Assembly (NCBI GenBank): GCA_965248355.1
Contig: OZ252098.1
Span: 4,896,001-4,960,000, forward strand
Source of the DNA: Candidatus Latescibacterota bacterium
GTDB lineage: Bacteria > Latescibacterota > UBA2968 > UBA8231
Length of the DNA stretch: 64,000 nucleotides
Reading direction: 5' to 3'
Every line of letters starts with the position of its first letter. Within the stretch, counting starts at the first letter, position 1. The translations under genes were made by a program, and so were the position numbers. Shown in pieces: positions 8,579 to 18,067 of this stretch. The notes under the pieces are model-generated. The model made no database searches, was not told where the DNA came from, and was given only the letters and a program-made list of their open reading frames with translations.

Positions 8579-9328
8579 TCAGTACAGGCTCATCAATCCT
8601 TCGGCACCCTTGATCCGCTTGTTCTCGAAGCCCGGACTGAGCCATCGCGCGTGCGACTCCCGCCCCGGATTGCGGTAGGCATAGACCACGCACCACCGTG
8701 TGTCGCTGCCTTCCTTGCGCGGATTGACTCCATGGGCCGCATGGGTCCACATCAACACCACCGTCCCCGGGGGCACCGAGAGCTCCTCGACGCGGAGCGG
8801 CTGGCCGCTGGCCGGACGCACCTTCCCGGCCAGCCATCCCTGGGCCAACGCGGCGTCGGAGTCCGCGTTGATGGCCGGGTCTCGATACAGCTGGCTGCCC
8901 GGCACCACCTTCAAGCCGCCGTCGTCGGCCGCGAAGCCATTGACGTAGAAGAACACGCGCACGAAACCCAGGGCCGGATCGTCGTCGGCGTACTCGTGGC
9001 TGTGCCACCGGCTCCCCTGGTTGCCCCCTTCGCGGTTCAGCGCCACGCAGTGGTCGTAGCGGATCTCCGGCCCCAGCACCCGGCGCACCAAGTCCAGCAA
9101 CTGGGGGTGGCCGATCAGGCTCTCCAGGTAGGCGTCGAACTCGGCGGAGAAACGCTGGGGGGGATGGTCCTCGTCCTCGCGCGGCATGGACTGGATGCGC
9201 GCCAGGGCCGCGGTCAACTGGGTGGAAGCCGCCTCGGTCAGGAGGCCGGGCAGCGCGAAGTGTCCGTCGCGGTCGAGGAGGGCCCGTTCGTCGGCGCCAA
9301 AGGCAAAAGGGCGAAACAGCGCTTCCAT
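8579..9328 (-). CDS. Phytanoyl-CoA dioxygenase (PhyH)-family protein
   Basis: DRDGHFALPGLL, GGLKVVPGSQ, PPGTVVLM..HAAH; metal motif reads WHSHE. Confidence 0.8.
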   Translation of the reverse strand: MEALFRPFAFGADERALLDRDGHFALPGLLTEAASTQLTAALARIQSMPREDEDHPPQRFSAEFDAYLESLIGHPQLLDLVRRVLGPEIRYDHCVALNREGGNQGSRWHSHEYADDDPALGFVRVFFYVNGFAADDGGLKVVPGSQLYRDPAINADSDAALAQGWLAGKVRPASGQPLRVEELSVPPGTVVLMWTHAAHGVNPRKEGSDTRWCVVYAYRNPGRESHARWLSPGFENKRIKGAEGLMSLY

Positions 9329-9431
9329 GTCTTTCAAGTCTCCAGTCGAGGCACTCCAGGAGGAGAGCCCTTCGGACTTCGGTGGGCAGGTTCGCGTGCC
9401 CTGTCTATACTCTCGCCGGGAGGAACGCACC

Positions 9432-10223
9432 ATGCCGCTGACGACCGATGAGATGCGCTTCTTCAAGCGCAACGGCTACCTCATCAAGCGGGGCGTGCTC
9501 GACCCCGCGCTCATGGAGCGGGCCCGCGCCCGGCTGTGGGACGGCGCGCCCCCCGGCCGCCGCCGCGACGATCCCGCCACCTGGGTTGGCCCGTTCCGCG
9601 AGGACGAGGAGAATGCCGACCGCGACAACCACCGCCGCGGCTTCCGCTGGAACTTCCGCGAGCCGGGCGTCGAGCCGTGGATGGTGCGCCTGCTGGCCAC
9701 CGAGCCCAAGGTGTGGGCCATGGCCGAGCAGATGCTCGGCGAGGGGCAGCTCGTCCAGCCCGCCCGCATTCGCGGAATCTACTGCACCCTGCCCTACGGC
9801 GACCACCCGCCGCAGGCCCTGGGCTGCCACACCGACGCCCACCCCTTCCACCTCGGCGTGGTCGGCTACATCGACGACGTGCCGCCCGGCGGCGGCAGCT
9901 TCATGGTCTGGCCCGAGAGCCATCGGGCCTTCTACCCGACCTTCACCTCCCAGTACCTCCGCGACCACGACGAGGCCGCCTACGAGAAGGTGCGGGCGGC
10001 CTTTGACCAGCGCACCCCCGTCGACACCCACGGCCAGGCCGGCGACATCGTCTTCTGGCACCACCGCCTCGGCCACATGGCCAGCCCCAACACCTCGCGC
10101 CAGCTGCGCCAGGCCGTGCTCTACGATTTCCTCAAGCAGGATATCGAGCAGACCCGGCAGGAGCCGCCGCAAAAGGACATGTGGCGCGACTGGTCGGACG
10201 AGATGCGCGCCTTGGACATCTAG
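9432..10223 (+). CDS. PhyH-family dioxygenase
   Basis: FFKRNGYLIKRGVL, HTD, GGSFMVWPESH, AGDIVFWHHRLGH. Confidence 0.85.
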   Translation: MPLTTDEMRFFKRNGYLIKRGVLDPALMERARARLWDGAPPGRRRDDPATWVGPFREDEENADRDNHRRGFRWNFREPGVEPWMVRLLATEPKVWAMAEQMLGEGQLVQPARIRGIYCTLPYGDHPPQALGCHTDAHPFHLGVVGYIDDVPPGGGSFMVWPESHRAFYPTFTSQYLRDHDEAAYEKVRAAFDQRTPVDTHGQAGDIVFWHHRLGHMASPNTSRQLRQAVLYDFLKQDIEQTRQEPPQKDMWRDWSDEMRALDI

Positions 10224-10328
10224 CTGATCAGGAGAAAGGACGAGAAAAGTGAATGTTCCGTTGGTTATTTCGGCAACGCTGGCCAGTACGGTATTGTCGA
10301 TGGGGACCGGCGCAGTGAACCGCGTCTC

Positions 10329-10841
10329 TCACACCATTTCCTCGACCAGGGCCCGGCTGGCCGGATCCAGACGCCGGTAATCGGGGATCTCGTAGCGGTT
10401 GCCGTCGGCGTCCTGCACCAGCACCCTGCCACCGTCCAGAACGCGGACGTCGCGGCGACTGGAATAGATCTCGAAAGCGCGGGGTCCCCGGTCGGTCTCC
10501 ACCTCCCAGCGCGGCACTCGATGGGCTGTCGTCACCTTGGCGATGCGCTGAATGCGCGGGGTGAAGTAGGCCCGCTCCAGCTCCTCTTCCACGGCCTGAC
10601 GGCTGGCTGGATCCAGCGCGTCGAGCCGGGCCAGCGAGCCGATCTCCATGCCTTCGCGGTCCTGAACGACGATGAAGCAGTCGTCGGCCGTCAGGGGAAA
10701 GGCCCGCTTGACCCGGACCCTGGCATAGGTCCGGTCCCCGGCCAGATCCAGGTTCAGGTCCTCGAAAGCATCGACGAAAAACCGCGCCGTGTCCGGGTCG
10801 AGATAGGTCACTTCAGCGGCCAGATCACGGCTTTGCTGCAT
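10329..10841 (-). CDS. DUF1854-domain protein
   Basis: RAFPLT, ELERAYFTPRI, WEVETDRG, DADGNRYEI; directly downstream of an ABC exporter. Confidence 0.75.
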   Translation of the reverse strand: MQQSRDLAAEVTYLDPDTARFFVDAFEDLNLDLAGDRTYARVRVKRAFPLTADDCFIVVQDREGMEIGSLARLDALDPASRQAVEEELERAYFTPRIQRIAKVTTAHRVPRWEVETDRGPRAFEIYSSRRDVRVLDGGRVLVQDADGNRYEIPDYRRLDPASRALVEEMV

Positions 10842-10845
10842 GTCT

Positions 10846-13191
10846 CTACCAGACTCTCAGCCTGGACATTTCGGTTTGCATGCGGCACAGATCCGCGTAG
10901 ATGCCATCCTGCGCAATCAGCTCATCGTGGGTGCCGATCTCGGCGAGTCGGCCCTTTTCGAGGATGAGCAGGCGATGGGCGTTCTTCAGGGTCGACAGGC
11001 GATGGGCGATGGCAAAGGTCGTGCGTCCCTGGACGAGCCGCTCCAGGGCCTCCTGAATCTGCGCTTCGGTCTGGGTATCGACGTTGGAGGTGGCTTCGTC
11101 GAGGATGAGGATGCGAGGGTTGCGCAGAATGGCCCGGGCGATGGACAGCCGCTGCCGCTCGCCCCCGGATACGCGCATGCCGCGCTCGCCGACCAGGGTA
11201 TCGTACCCGTCGGGCATGTCCATGATGAAGTCGTGGGCATTGGCGGCCTTGGCCGCGGCCACGATCTCTTCGAGGGAAGCCTCGGGATGGCCGTAGGCGA
11301 CGTTGTCGGCCACCGGGCCATTGAAGAGGAAGGGATCCTGCAAGACCACGCCGATCTGCTGGCGCAGCGATCGCAGGTTCACCTCGCGGGTGTCCTGGCC
11401 GTCGATGAGGACGGCCCCTTCCTGGGGCTCGTAGAAGCGGCAGATGAGGTTGATCAGGGTGCTCTTGCCGGCGCCGCTGTGGCCGGCCAGGCCGATCATC
11501 TCGCCCGGCTCGACGGCGAAGCTCAGATCCTCGAGGACCGGCTTGTCTTCCTCGTAGCCGAAGTGCACGCCGCGGAACTCGACCCGGCCCTCGATGGGCG
11601 GCATGGTCGCGGCTTCGGCCTGGTCGATGATCTCCGGGTGTGTATCGAGCACGTCGAAGACGCGCTCGGCGGAGGTGGCGGCGTGCTGGAAGCGGTGGTT
11701 GAGGCGGCACAGGCTCTCCACCGGTCCGTAGAAGCGGTACATGTAGCTGGTAAAGGCGACAAAGTCCCCCAAGGTCAGCTCACCGGCCAGGATGTCGCGG
11801 CCCCCGACCCACCAGATGATGATCGTGCCGATGGAGGTCACGAAGGCCATGACCGGGCCGAAGAGGCTGCGCATCCACGCCACCCGCAGCTCGCCCCGCA
11901 GCAGGTCCAGGCTGCGGCCCTTGAACTTGCCCACTTCCCGCCGTTCCTGGGCGAAGGCCTTGACCACGCGCACCCCCGGGATGGTATCGGCGAGGAGGGC
12001 GCTGAGGCCGGCCCAGCGGCGCCACAAAGGCCGGTAGATGGCGTGCAGCTTCCGGCCGAAGCGCAGCGTCGCCCACACCAGCAGAGGCGTCGGCAGCAAC
12101 ACGAGGGCCGCCAGCCCGGGATTGAGCCAAAAAAGGATGATGCAGATGATGACCAGGGTGAGCACATCGCGGATGGCCTCCTGCAGGCCGTCGCTGATGA
12201 AATCCTGCAGGCGGCCCACGTCCTGGGTGACGCTGGCCATGATGCGTCCGGTCTCGTTCTTGGTGTAGTAACTGAGCGACAGCGCGTGGAGATGGGCGTA
12301 GACCTCGTTGCGCAGACCGTAGGTGACGCGCTGGCCGATGCGGGCCATGATATAGCCCCGCAGGGCCGACAGGAGGCTGACAGTGAGGTTGATCCCTATC
12401 AACAGGCCCACCAGCCAGGCCAGGGCGGCCGTCTTGTCGCCCTCGGATACCGGCAGCAGAGCGAGCAGATCAAAGCGCGCCTCGACGTCCGTGGAAGAAG
12501 GGGCACCGGCATTCAGGACATCGTCGACGAGAACCCTCAGCAGCAGCGGCTGGCTCAAGCCGATGGTCGTGGCCACCACCATGAGCGACAGGCTGAAGGT
12601 GATGAGCCGCCAGTGCGGCCTGGCATAGCCCAGCAGCCGGAAGAGCAGCTTGCCCTTTTCCAGGCAGGCCGGGCATACGCCGGAATGGCGCGGAATGACC
12701 TGCCCGCAGCGGTCGCAGCGCTTGCGCCCGGCCCGTGCGCCGGCCAATCGCCCGTGGAGCACCTGGCCGTCGGATTCCCCCGAGCGGGCCTGGCGGACCA
12801 GGCCTTCGACCTGCTCGGGCAGTTCGGACAGCGCCGGCACCAGGCTCTTGGAGAACACGGCCATGGTCGCGCCCCGCTCCGCGGTGCGAACCTTGAGGGC
12901 CGCGGTCCCCAGATCCTCGCGTACTTCCACCCCGCTTATCTCGGCCAGGGGCACGCAGACCGTGTCCGGCGGTCCACCGCTGTCGGGGCTGAAGGCCACC
13001 AGGAGGTCGTCGGTGGCCAGCAGCCACGCCTCGCCGTAGCGGCCGTCGAGCTGGATGTCCGTGGTTACCGCGAGGCGGAACTCTTCGCCGGGGCCGACTA
13101 CCTCGGCCAGCTCGCGCCGGACCCGCGGCGGCACCGTGGCGAGAAGAGACGGCGGCGCGTTTTCGGCCCTGTTGCGGTCAATTCCTGTCAT
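10846..13191 (-). CDS. ABC exporter (TMD+NBD) with N-terminal extension and Cys4 motif
   Basis: GHSGAGKST, VSGGERQR, ILILDEAT; CDRC...CPAC before the TMD. Confidence 0.9.
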   Translation of the reverse strand: MTGIDRNRAENAPPSLLATVPPRVRRELAEVVGPGEEFRLAVTTDIQLDGRYGEAWLLATDDLLVAFSPDSGGPPDTVCVPLAEISGVEVREDLGTAALKVRTAERGATMAVFSKSLVPALSELPEQVEGLVRQARSGESDGQVLHGRLAGARAGRKRCDRCGQVIPRHSGVCPACLEKGKLLFRLLGYARPHWRLITFSLSLMVVATTIGLSQPLLLRVLVDDVLNAGAPSSTDVEARFDLLALLPVSEGDKTAALAWLVGLLIGINLTVSLLSALRGYIMARIGQRVTYGLRNEVYAHLHALSLSYYTKNETGRIMASVTQDVGRLQDFISDGLQEAIRDVLTLVIICIILFWLNPGLAALVLLPTPLLVWATLRFGRKLHAIYRPLWRRWAGLSALLADTIPGVRVVKAFAQERREVGKFKGRSLDLLRGELRVAWMRSLFGPVMAFVTSIGTIIIWWVGGRDILAGELTLGDFVAFTSYMYRFYGPVESLCRLNHRFQHAATSAERVFDVLDTHPEIIDQAEAATMPPIEGRVEFRGVHFGYEEDKPVLEDLSFAVEPGEMIGLAGHSGAGKSTLINLICRFYEPQEGAVLIDGQDTREVNLRSLRQQIGVVLQDPFLFNGPVADNVAYGHPEASLEEIVAAAKAANAHDFIMDMPDGYDTLVGERGMRVSGGERQRLSIARAILRNPRILILDEATSNVDTQTEAQIQEALERLVQGRTTFAIAHRLSTLKNAHRLLILEKGRLAEIGTHDELIAQDGIYADLCRMQTEMSRLRVW

Positions 13192-13368
13192 GCAATCAGC
13201 CCATTGGCCTTCAGACGAGGCGCACCAGCCGCAGTTAATGGAATCATTCCCCCTGGCTCGTTCAAACGGGAGCCGGCCCGGGCGGGTTGCTGACGATGGC
13301 CCGAATGCTCCAGGATCTACTATCGCCGCCTGGACCCTCGTGCGTCATCTGGATCGGAGGATCAGGCC

Positions 13369-13540
13369 ATGGCCAACTATGAGAACCTGATCATCCTGGA
13401 CGGGGCCATCGGAACGGAGCTCCAGGCCATGGGCGTGCCCATGCACCCTGCCTCGTAGTGCGGCCCCCGGCAACTACACGCACCCGGCCACGGTGCGGCA
13501 GATGCACGAGCGCTACATCCGGGCGGGGGCCGACATTCTC
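13369..13540 (+). pseudogene. Homocysteine S-methyltransferase-family N-terminal remnant
   Basis: GGAGG RBS; MANYENLIILDGAIGTELQAMG, TAG where Trp is expected, then frameshifted NYTHPATVRQMHERYIRAGADIL. Confidence 0.7.
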
Positions 13541-13587
13541 TGGGCGGCGCCCTGCCGGCCCGGATCCCGTCGCCGCGAAGAGTCGCC

Positions 13588-14720
13588 TAGTGTCGCGTCC
13601 GACAAATGAGTTGTAAAAACAGAGTCAAGGCCTTATCTTCAGGCCATGGCCCGCCCGGTGTCCCGCCTTGAGTTGACCGCGTCCGAGCGACAGGAGTTGG
13701 AGCGTCGCGTCAGGGCCCCCTCCGCGTCCCAGCGCGACAGCCTGCGCGCGGCCATCGTCCTGCGCCGGGCCGAAGGGATCAAGCAGGTGCAGGTGGCCGC
13801 CGAGTTGGGCGCCAGTGTGGCGTGTGTGAACAAGTGGTCGCAACGCTTTGATCGCGAGGGTTTGGCGGGACTGAACGACGCCAAGGGCCGGGGCCGGCCG
13901 GCGAGCTTGCCGGCGGACAAGGTCGAGCAGGTCCTCACCGCGGTCACGCAGCCGCCGAAGCCGCGCACGCGCTGGAGCGTGCGCTCGATGGGGAAGGCCA
14001 ACGACATCAAGCCCCATTTGACCAAGACCTTCAAGGTCTCCACGGACCCGCACTTCGAGGAAAAATTCTGGGACGTGATCGGGCTCTACCTGGATCCCCC
14101 CGAGCGCGCGCTGGTGCTGTGCTGTGACGAGAAGAGCCAGTGCCAGGCGCTGGAACGGACCCAGCCGGGCTTGCCGCTGGGGATCGGCGACATCCGCACC
14201 CGGACCCACGATTACAAGCGCCACGGTACGATCACCTTGTTCGCCGCGCTCAACTACCTCGACGGCAAGCTCATCGCGCGTCTGGAGGCGCGTCATACCC
14301 ACGTCGAATGGCTCCGCTTTCTCAAGCAGATCGACCGCGAGACGCCCAAGAACCTGTCGCTGCACCTGATCGTGGACAACGCCGGCCCCCACAAGGAGGA
14401 GAGCGTGCAGCATTGGTTGTCTCGGCATCGGCGCTTCCATGTCCATTTCACCCCCACCAGTTCCTCCTGGATGAACTTGGTCGAACGGTTCTTCGGCGAG
14501 CTGACGCAGGATGTGATTCGGGACGGCAGCTTTGCCAGCGTCGGGGAGTTGGTGCGCGACATCGAAGCCTACTTGGCGCAGCGGAACTTGGCCCCCAAAC
14601 CCTACCGCTGGAAGGCCGACGGCGAGACCATCCTGCGCAAGATCCAGCGCGCTCGGGAGACGGTGGCGGCGACATCGGACAGCCCTTGTTGATTCTTCTT
14701 AATTCTCGGACGGGACACTA
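13588..14720 (+). mobile_element. IS630-family insertion sequence
   Basis: Left end TAGTGTCGCGTCCGACAAAT versus reverse complement of the right end TAGTGTCCCGTCCGAGAATT (17/20 match); TA at both ends in a CTAG context. Confidence 0.92.
13646..14692 (+). CDS. IS630 DDE transposase
   Basis: [36 protein letters not shown]. Confidence 0.95.
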   Translation: MARPVSRLELTASERQELERRVRAPSASQRDSLRAAIVLRRAEGIKQVQVAAELGASVACVNKWSQRFDREGLAGLNDAKGRGRPASLPADKVEQVLTAVTQPPKPRTRWSVRSMGKANDIKPHLTKTFKVSTDPHFEEKFWDVIGLYLDPPERALVLCCDEKSQCQALERTQPGLPLGIGDIRTRTHDYKRHGTITLFAALNYLDGKLIARLEARHTHVEWLRFLKQIDRETPKNLSLHLIVDNAGPHKEESVQHWLSRHRRFHVHFTPTSSSWMNLVERFFGELTQDVIRDGSFASVGELVRDIEAYLAQRNLAPKPYRWKADGETILRKIQRARETVAATSDSPC

Positions 14721-14730
14721 GGCACCTCAC

Positions 14731-14920
14731 ATGGAATCCAAGCCACTGGTGCTCTACCAGAACACCGCCGTCACCGGCATCCATGTCGCCGACGGGAGGG
14801 TCTCGTCGGTGGAGACGACCGCGGGCGCCATCGAGGCCGAGGTGGTGGTCGGCGCCGCCGGGCCGCAGACCGGGCTGATGGCGGAGATGGTGGGGGTTCA
14901 CGTCCCCGGGGCGCCGGCAA
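14731..14920 (+). pseudogene. FAD-dependent oxidoreductase (DAO/sarcosine oxidase-like) internal fragment
   Basis: [33 protein letters not shown]; no N-terminal GxGxxG motif. Confidence 0.6.
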
Positions 14921-14939
14921 GGGTGCGAATCCATTCTCG

Positions 14940-15040
14940 GCCAACCCCGGCCGGTCTTGCCGACATGCTGCGCCGCAAGGAAGCAGTCGATGCCGCCGCC
15001 GGAACCTATGTCGAGAACCCTCTCCCCGGGGCTGGAGTCG
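14940..15040 (-). pseudogene. ArsM-like SAM methyltransferase fragment
   Basis: [28 protein letters not shown] motif I with no coherent flanking domain. Confidence 0.6.
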
Positions 15041-15231
15041 GGGGCATGGGCCAAGCAGTCCCTGGCGGCGGACTGGAAACCCTCACCCGGATTATTGTAT
15101 GAGGTCGTCAAGGGGCCGTTTGAACTTTAGGGCGAACGGCCCCCGTGAGGCCCGGTTGCCCGGATGCCGATCGAGGAAGGAGACCATGGAGAGCCCATTC
15201 CCCCTTGTGATCATTGAGTAGAGATCAACTC

Positions 15232-15981
15232 ATGCTGCGCTTGCTCACGGTCTTCTTCTACTGCATCGGCCTGGCTCACGCCGCCGACAATCCTCCAGCC
15301 CCCGGCTTCGACGCCGCCGGTTCCGACCCCGAGGCCATCGCCCTGGCCGATGAAGTCATGGCCGCCCTGGGGGGACGCGCCAACTGGGACGCCACACGCT
15401 ACATCACCTGGCGCTTCTTCGGCCTGCGCCTGCACGTGTGGGACAAGTGGACCGGGGACATTCGCTTCGAGCAAGGCGATCTGACCGTGCTGATGAACAT
15501 CCACAGCAGGGAGGGCCGCGCCTTCTCAGCAGGTGTGGAGATCAGCGATCCCGACACCCTCGCGGCCAGGCTCGACCAGGGCTACCGCGCCTGGATCAAC
15601 GACTCGTACTGGCTGGTCATGCCCTACAAGCTGAAGGACACCGGCGTCACCCTGCGCTACCGCGGACCGGAAGCCACCGAGGACGGCCGGCCAGCCGAAG
15701 TGGTGGAGCTGACCTTCGAGGACGTGGGCGTCACCCCGCAGAACAAGTACGCGGTCTGGATCGATCAGGAGTCGCGGCTGGTGACCCAATGGGCGTTCTA
15801 CCGCGAGGCCTCCGACGTCGAGCCGCGTTTCACCGGCCCCTGGACCAACTGGCAGCGCCACGGATCGATCCTGCTCTCCGACGGCCGCGGCGAGCGCGGG
15901 CACACCGGTGTGGCCGTCTTCGATGAGTTGCCGGAGTCGGTGTTCACGAGTTCGGCGCCCGTGGAGTTGTCCCCGCCCTGA
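15232..15981 (+). CDS. Exported hypothetical protein
   Basis: Signal peptide (GLAHA-ADN); WINDSYWLVMPYKLKD, GVTPQNKY; host-like codon usage. Confidence 0.7.
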   Translation: MLRLLTVFFYCIGLAHAADNPPAPGFDAAGSDPEAIALADEVMAALGGRANWDATRYITWRFFGLRLHVWDKWTGDIRFEQGDLTVLMNIHSREGRAFSAGVEISDPDTLAARLDQGYRAWINDSYWLVMPYKLKDTGVTLRYRGPEATEDGRPAEVVELTFEDVGVTPQNKYAVWIDQESRLVTQWAFYREASDVEPRFTGPWTNWQRHGSILLSDGRGERGHTGVAVFDELPESVFTSSAPVELSPP

Positions 15982-15982
15982 T

Positions 15983-18067
15983 TCAGTCAACCCGCGGGGC
16001 CTTGAAGATGGCGAGGTTGTAGAAATCGATGACGGTGCAGAAGTGATCGTCCACTGGAATCAAGGTATTGGCTGTTCGTGAACTGATGGGGGCAGGCTCT
16101 CCGGTTTCGTCCAGAAGTTGCAGCCTCTTCCGGGGCCGGCTCCAGGACAACACGGTACCGTTCTGGTCCACGCCATAGACCTCGATATGGCCGTCAGGCC
16201 AGGTGGCCAGGGTCCGTGACAGGGCATAGACGACCTCTCCGTCCTGGATCAGTTGGGTGTCCGATCGCCAAGGCAAGTGATCAACCTCCACCGGACGCCG
16301 AGGATCGCCGATGTCGAGCACGGCCAGCTCCCGGGGCCGGTAGCGCGGGACGTACGCCCTTTCCCCGACGAGGGAGATTGGCCCCAGCGCCCGCGGCACG
16401 GGGATCCGGTGGGAACGCTGGCTGCCCATGGGCCCCTTGTTCTTCTCCAGGTATACCAGTTCCCGCCCACCGCCCAGGTCCATGGCGATTTCCGGCAGTT
16501 GAGACAGCTGGAGATAGAAGGCCTCGCTCTCTTGTGCATACTGCTCATACAGCCTGGAGGGTCCGAAGCGCACGGGAGTCCGGCTCAACTCCTTCATGGC
16601 CGCGGGGTCGGTCAGATCCAGGGCGACGAAGTCGTAGCCCAGGGTGCAAAAAGCGTTCTCGCCGGCAATGTGTATCTGCCAGTTGTCGTTCCAGACATGC
16701 CTGGCCGTTTCTGCGATCCGCAGCACCTGCACCGGTTGGGGGAGGCCACCTCTTCTCACGTCGAAGCTGTGGAGCTCGAGGAACTCACTGCCGAGCAGGC
16801 CGGCGTACAGGTAGCCATCCCGGACGCTCCAGGCCGTCAGGCGGGGAGTATGTCTGAGAAAACGGGTGGTGCCCACCTCGAGGACGGGCCCACCTCCTGG
16901 CTGGTGGTCGGACTGGCTCAGACGGGTGGGGTCCGATTCGATGGGATGGAGGAACCGCAGAGTCTGCAGCAGGGGGCGGTCGGGGCGGTTCAGGTCGAAT
17001 ACGGCCACCCCTGCACTGTCCCGCTTCCCTGCCCATCCCCAGACGTAGGCCGTGGAGGCTGAGAGGGCCAGCCTACGCGGTTCAAAACCTGCTATCCCCA
17101 CCCGGCCGATTTCCCTGGGCGCCTGCCGGTCCGTCACATCCACGACACTCAGCCCACGGGTCAGCAGCACGATCGCCATTCCATCTTTGAGCGCCAGATC
17201 CACGACGCTCTCTTCATATGGAAGCCGGCCCACCGGCTCGACCGACTCGTGCTCAGGAGTGGACCACCGCACAGACCCTGCCAGGCAGATCAGGACGAGG
17301 GCACTCATGATCCACGGGAATCGCCGGCTCCCCTGGGTTTGGAAGGTCCGGCAGGTCCATACCAGCACGCAGCCCGCCAGGAGGAATGCTGTGGCGGCCC
17401 GGGAAAACAGCAGCGTCGGGTCGAAGGCCGGTCGCAGGATCAGGCCATCATGGAGACCATTCTCGAGAACCTGCAGCAAGAAGGCCGAGACGGGATCAGA
17501 CAGGTGCTCGGTGCGTATGAATTGGTAGCCAAGAGCTATCAGCAGGCTGGTCCACACGGCCTGGGAGGGGCGGTTGCACAAGGTGGACGAGAGGAACGCC
17601 ACTGAGTACAGGATCAGGTAGAACAGGTACCAGAGCAGCAGCATCCGGCCGTACCCGACATCCCTCAGGACGTCCACGGCGACGAGGTCTTCCAAGGGAT
17701 GCCCGGTCATGCTCCAATCCTCCCAGTGTGGCATCCCGAGGTAGACCCCGGCCCAGTACGCGGCCAGCACTGCAAGGAGCCCCGCGGCCCCGACTGCGTA
17801 CTTCACTCCCAGCAACCAGGCCGTCCTCAGCGGCAGGTTGGACAGAAAGGGCAGGGTCCCCCGGCTGCGTTCACCGGCCACCAGGTCCATGCCCATCAGC
17901 ACGGCGCCGAGGACGCCTACCAGATGGCCTAAGGGCAAGAGGGGAGAGACCCAGTCGATATGGGCTACCCCGGCAAGCAGAGCCAGGCAGGCGCAGGCGG
18001 CGACCCTGCAAGCCGCCGCCCGCCCTTCCTTCCACAGCAGAGCTCGCAGCGTATTCATGACCCTCAT
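15983..18067 (-). CDS. ABC-2-type permease fused to an LVIVD-repeat domain
   Basis: ALLWKE, GERSRGTLPFL..LP, several TM helices, then LSVVDVTD..P / VAVFDLNRP / LAVLDIGDP repeats. Confidence 0.7.
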   Translation of the reverse strand: MRVMNTLRALLWKEGRAAACRVAACACLALLAGVAHIDWVSPLLPLGHLVGVLGAVLMGMDLVAGERSRGTLPFLSNLPLRTAWLLGVKYAVGAAGLLAVLAAYWAGVYLGMPHWEDWSMTGHPLEDLVAVDVLRDVGYGRMLLLWYLFYLILYSVAFLSSTLCNRPSQAVWTSLLIALGYQFIRTEHLSDPVSAFLLQVLENGLHDGLILRPAFDPTLLFSRAATAFLLAGCVLVWTCRTFQTQGSRRFPWIMSALVLICLAGSVRWSTPEHESVEPVGRLPYEESVVDLALKDGMAIVLLTRGLSVVDVTDRQAPREIGRVGIAGFEPRRLALSASTAYVWGWAGKRDSAGVAVFDLNRPDRPLLQTLRFLHPIESDPTRLSQSDHQPGGGPVLEVGTTRFLRHTPRLTAWSVRDGYLYAGLLGSEFLELHSFDVRRGGLPQPVQVLRIAETARHVWNDNWQIHIAGENAFCTLGYDFVALDLTDPAAMKELSRTPVRFGPSRLYEQYAQESEAFYLQLSQLPEIAMDLGGGRELVYLEKNKGPMGSQRSHRIPVPRALGPISLVGERAYVPRYRPRELAVLDIGDPRRPVEVDHLPWRSDTQLIQDGEVVYALSRTLATWPDGHIEVYGVDQNGTVLSWSRPRKRLQLLDETGEPAPISSRTANTLIPVDDHFCTVIDFYNLAIFKAPRVD

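Noticed and set aside
7736..13293. Long antisense or alternative-frame ORFs (e.g. 7736-9451 +, 10840-13293 +, and similar ones at 27685-29100 and 38493-40391)
   Set aside because: Shadow ORFs expected at high GC opposite well-supported genes; no recognisable motifs
13466..13468. Pyrrolysine or amber recoding in the methyltransferase remnant
   Set aside because: The TAG is one base from TGG (Trp) and is followed by a frameshift and truncation, which points to decay
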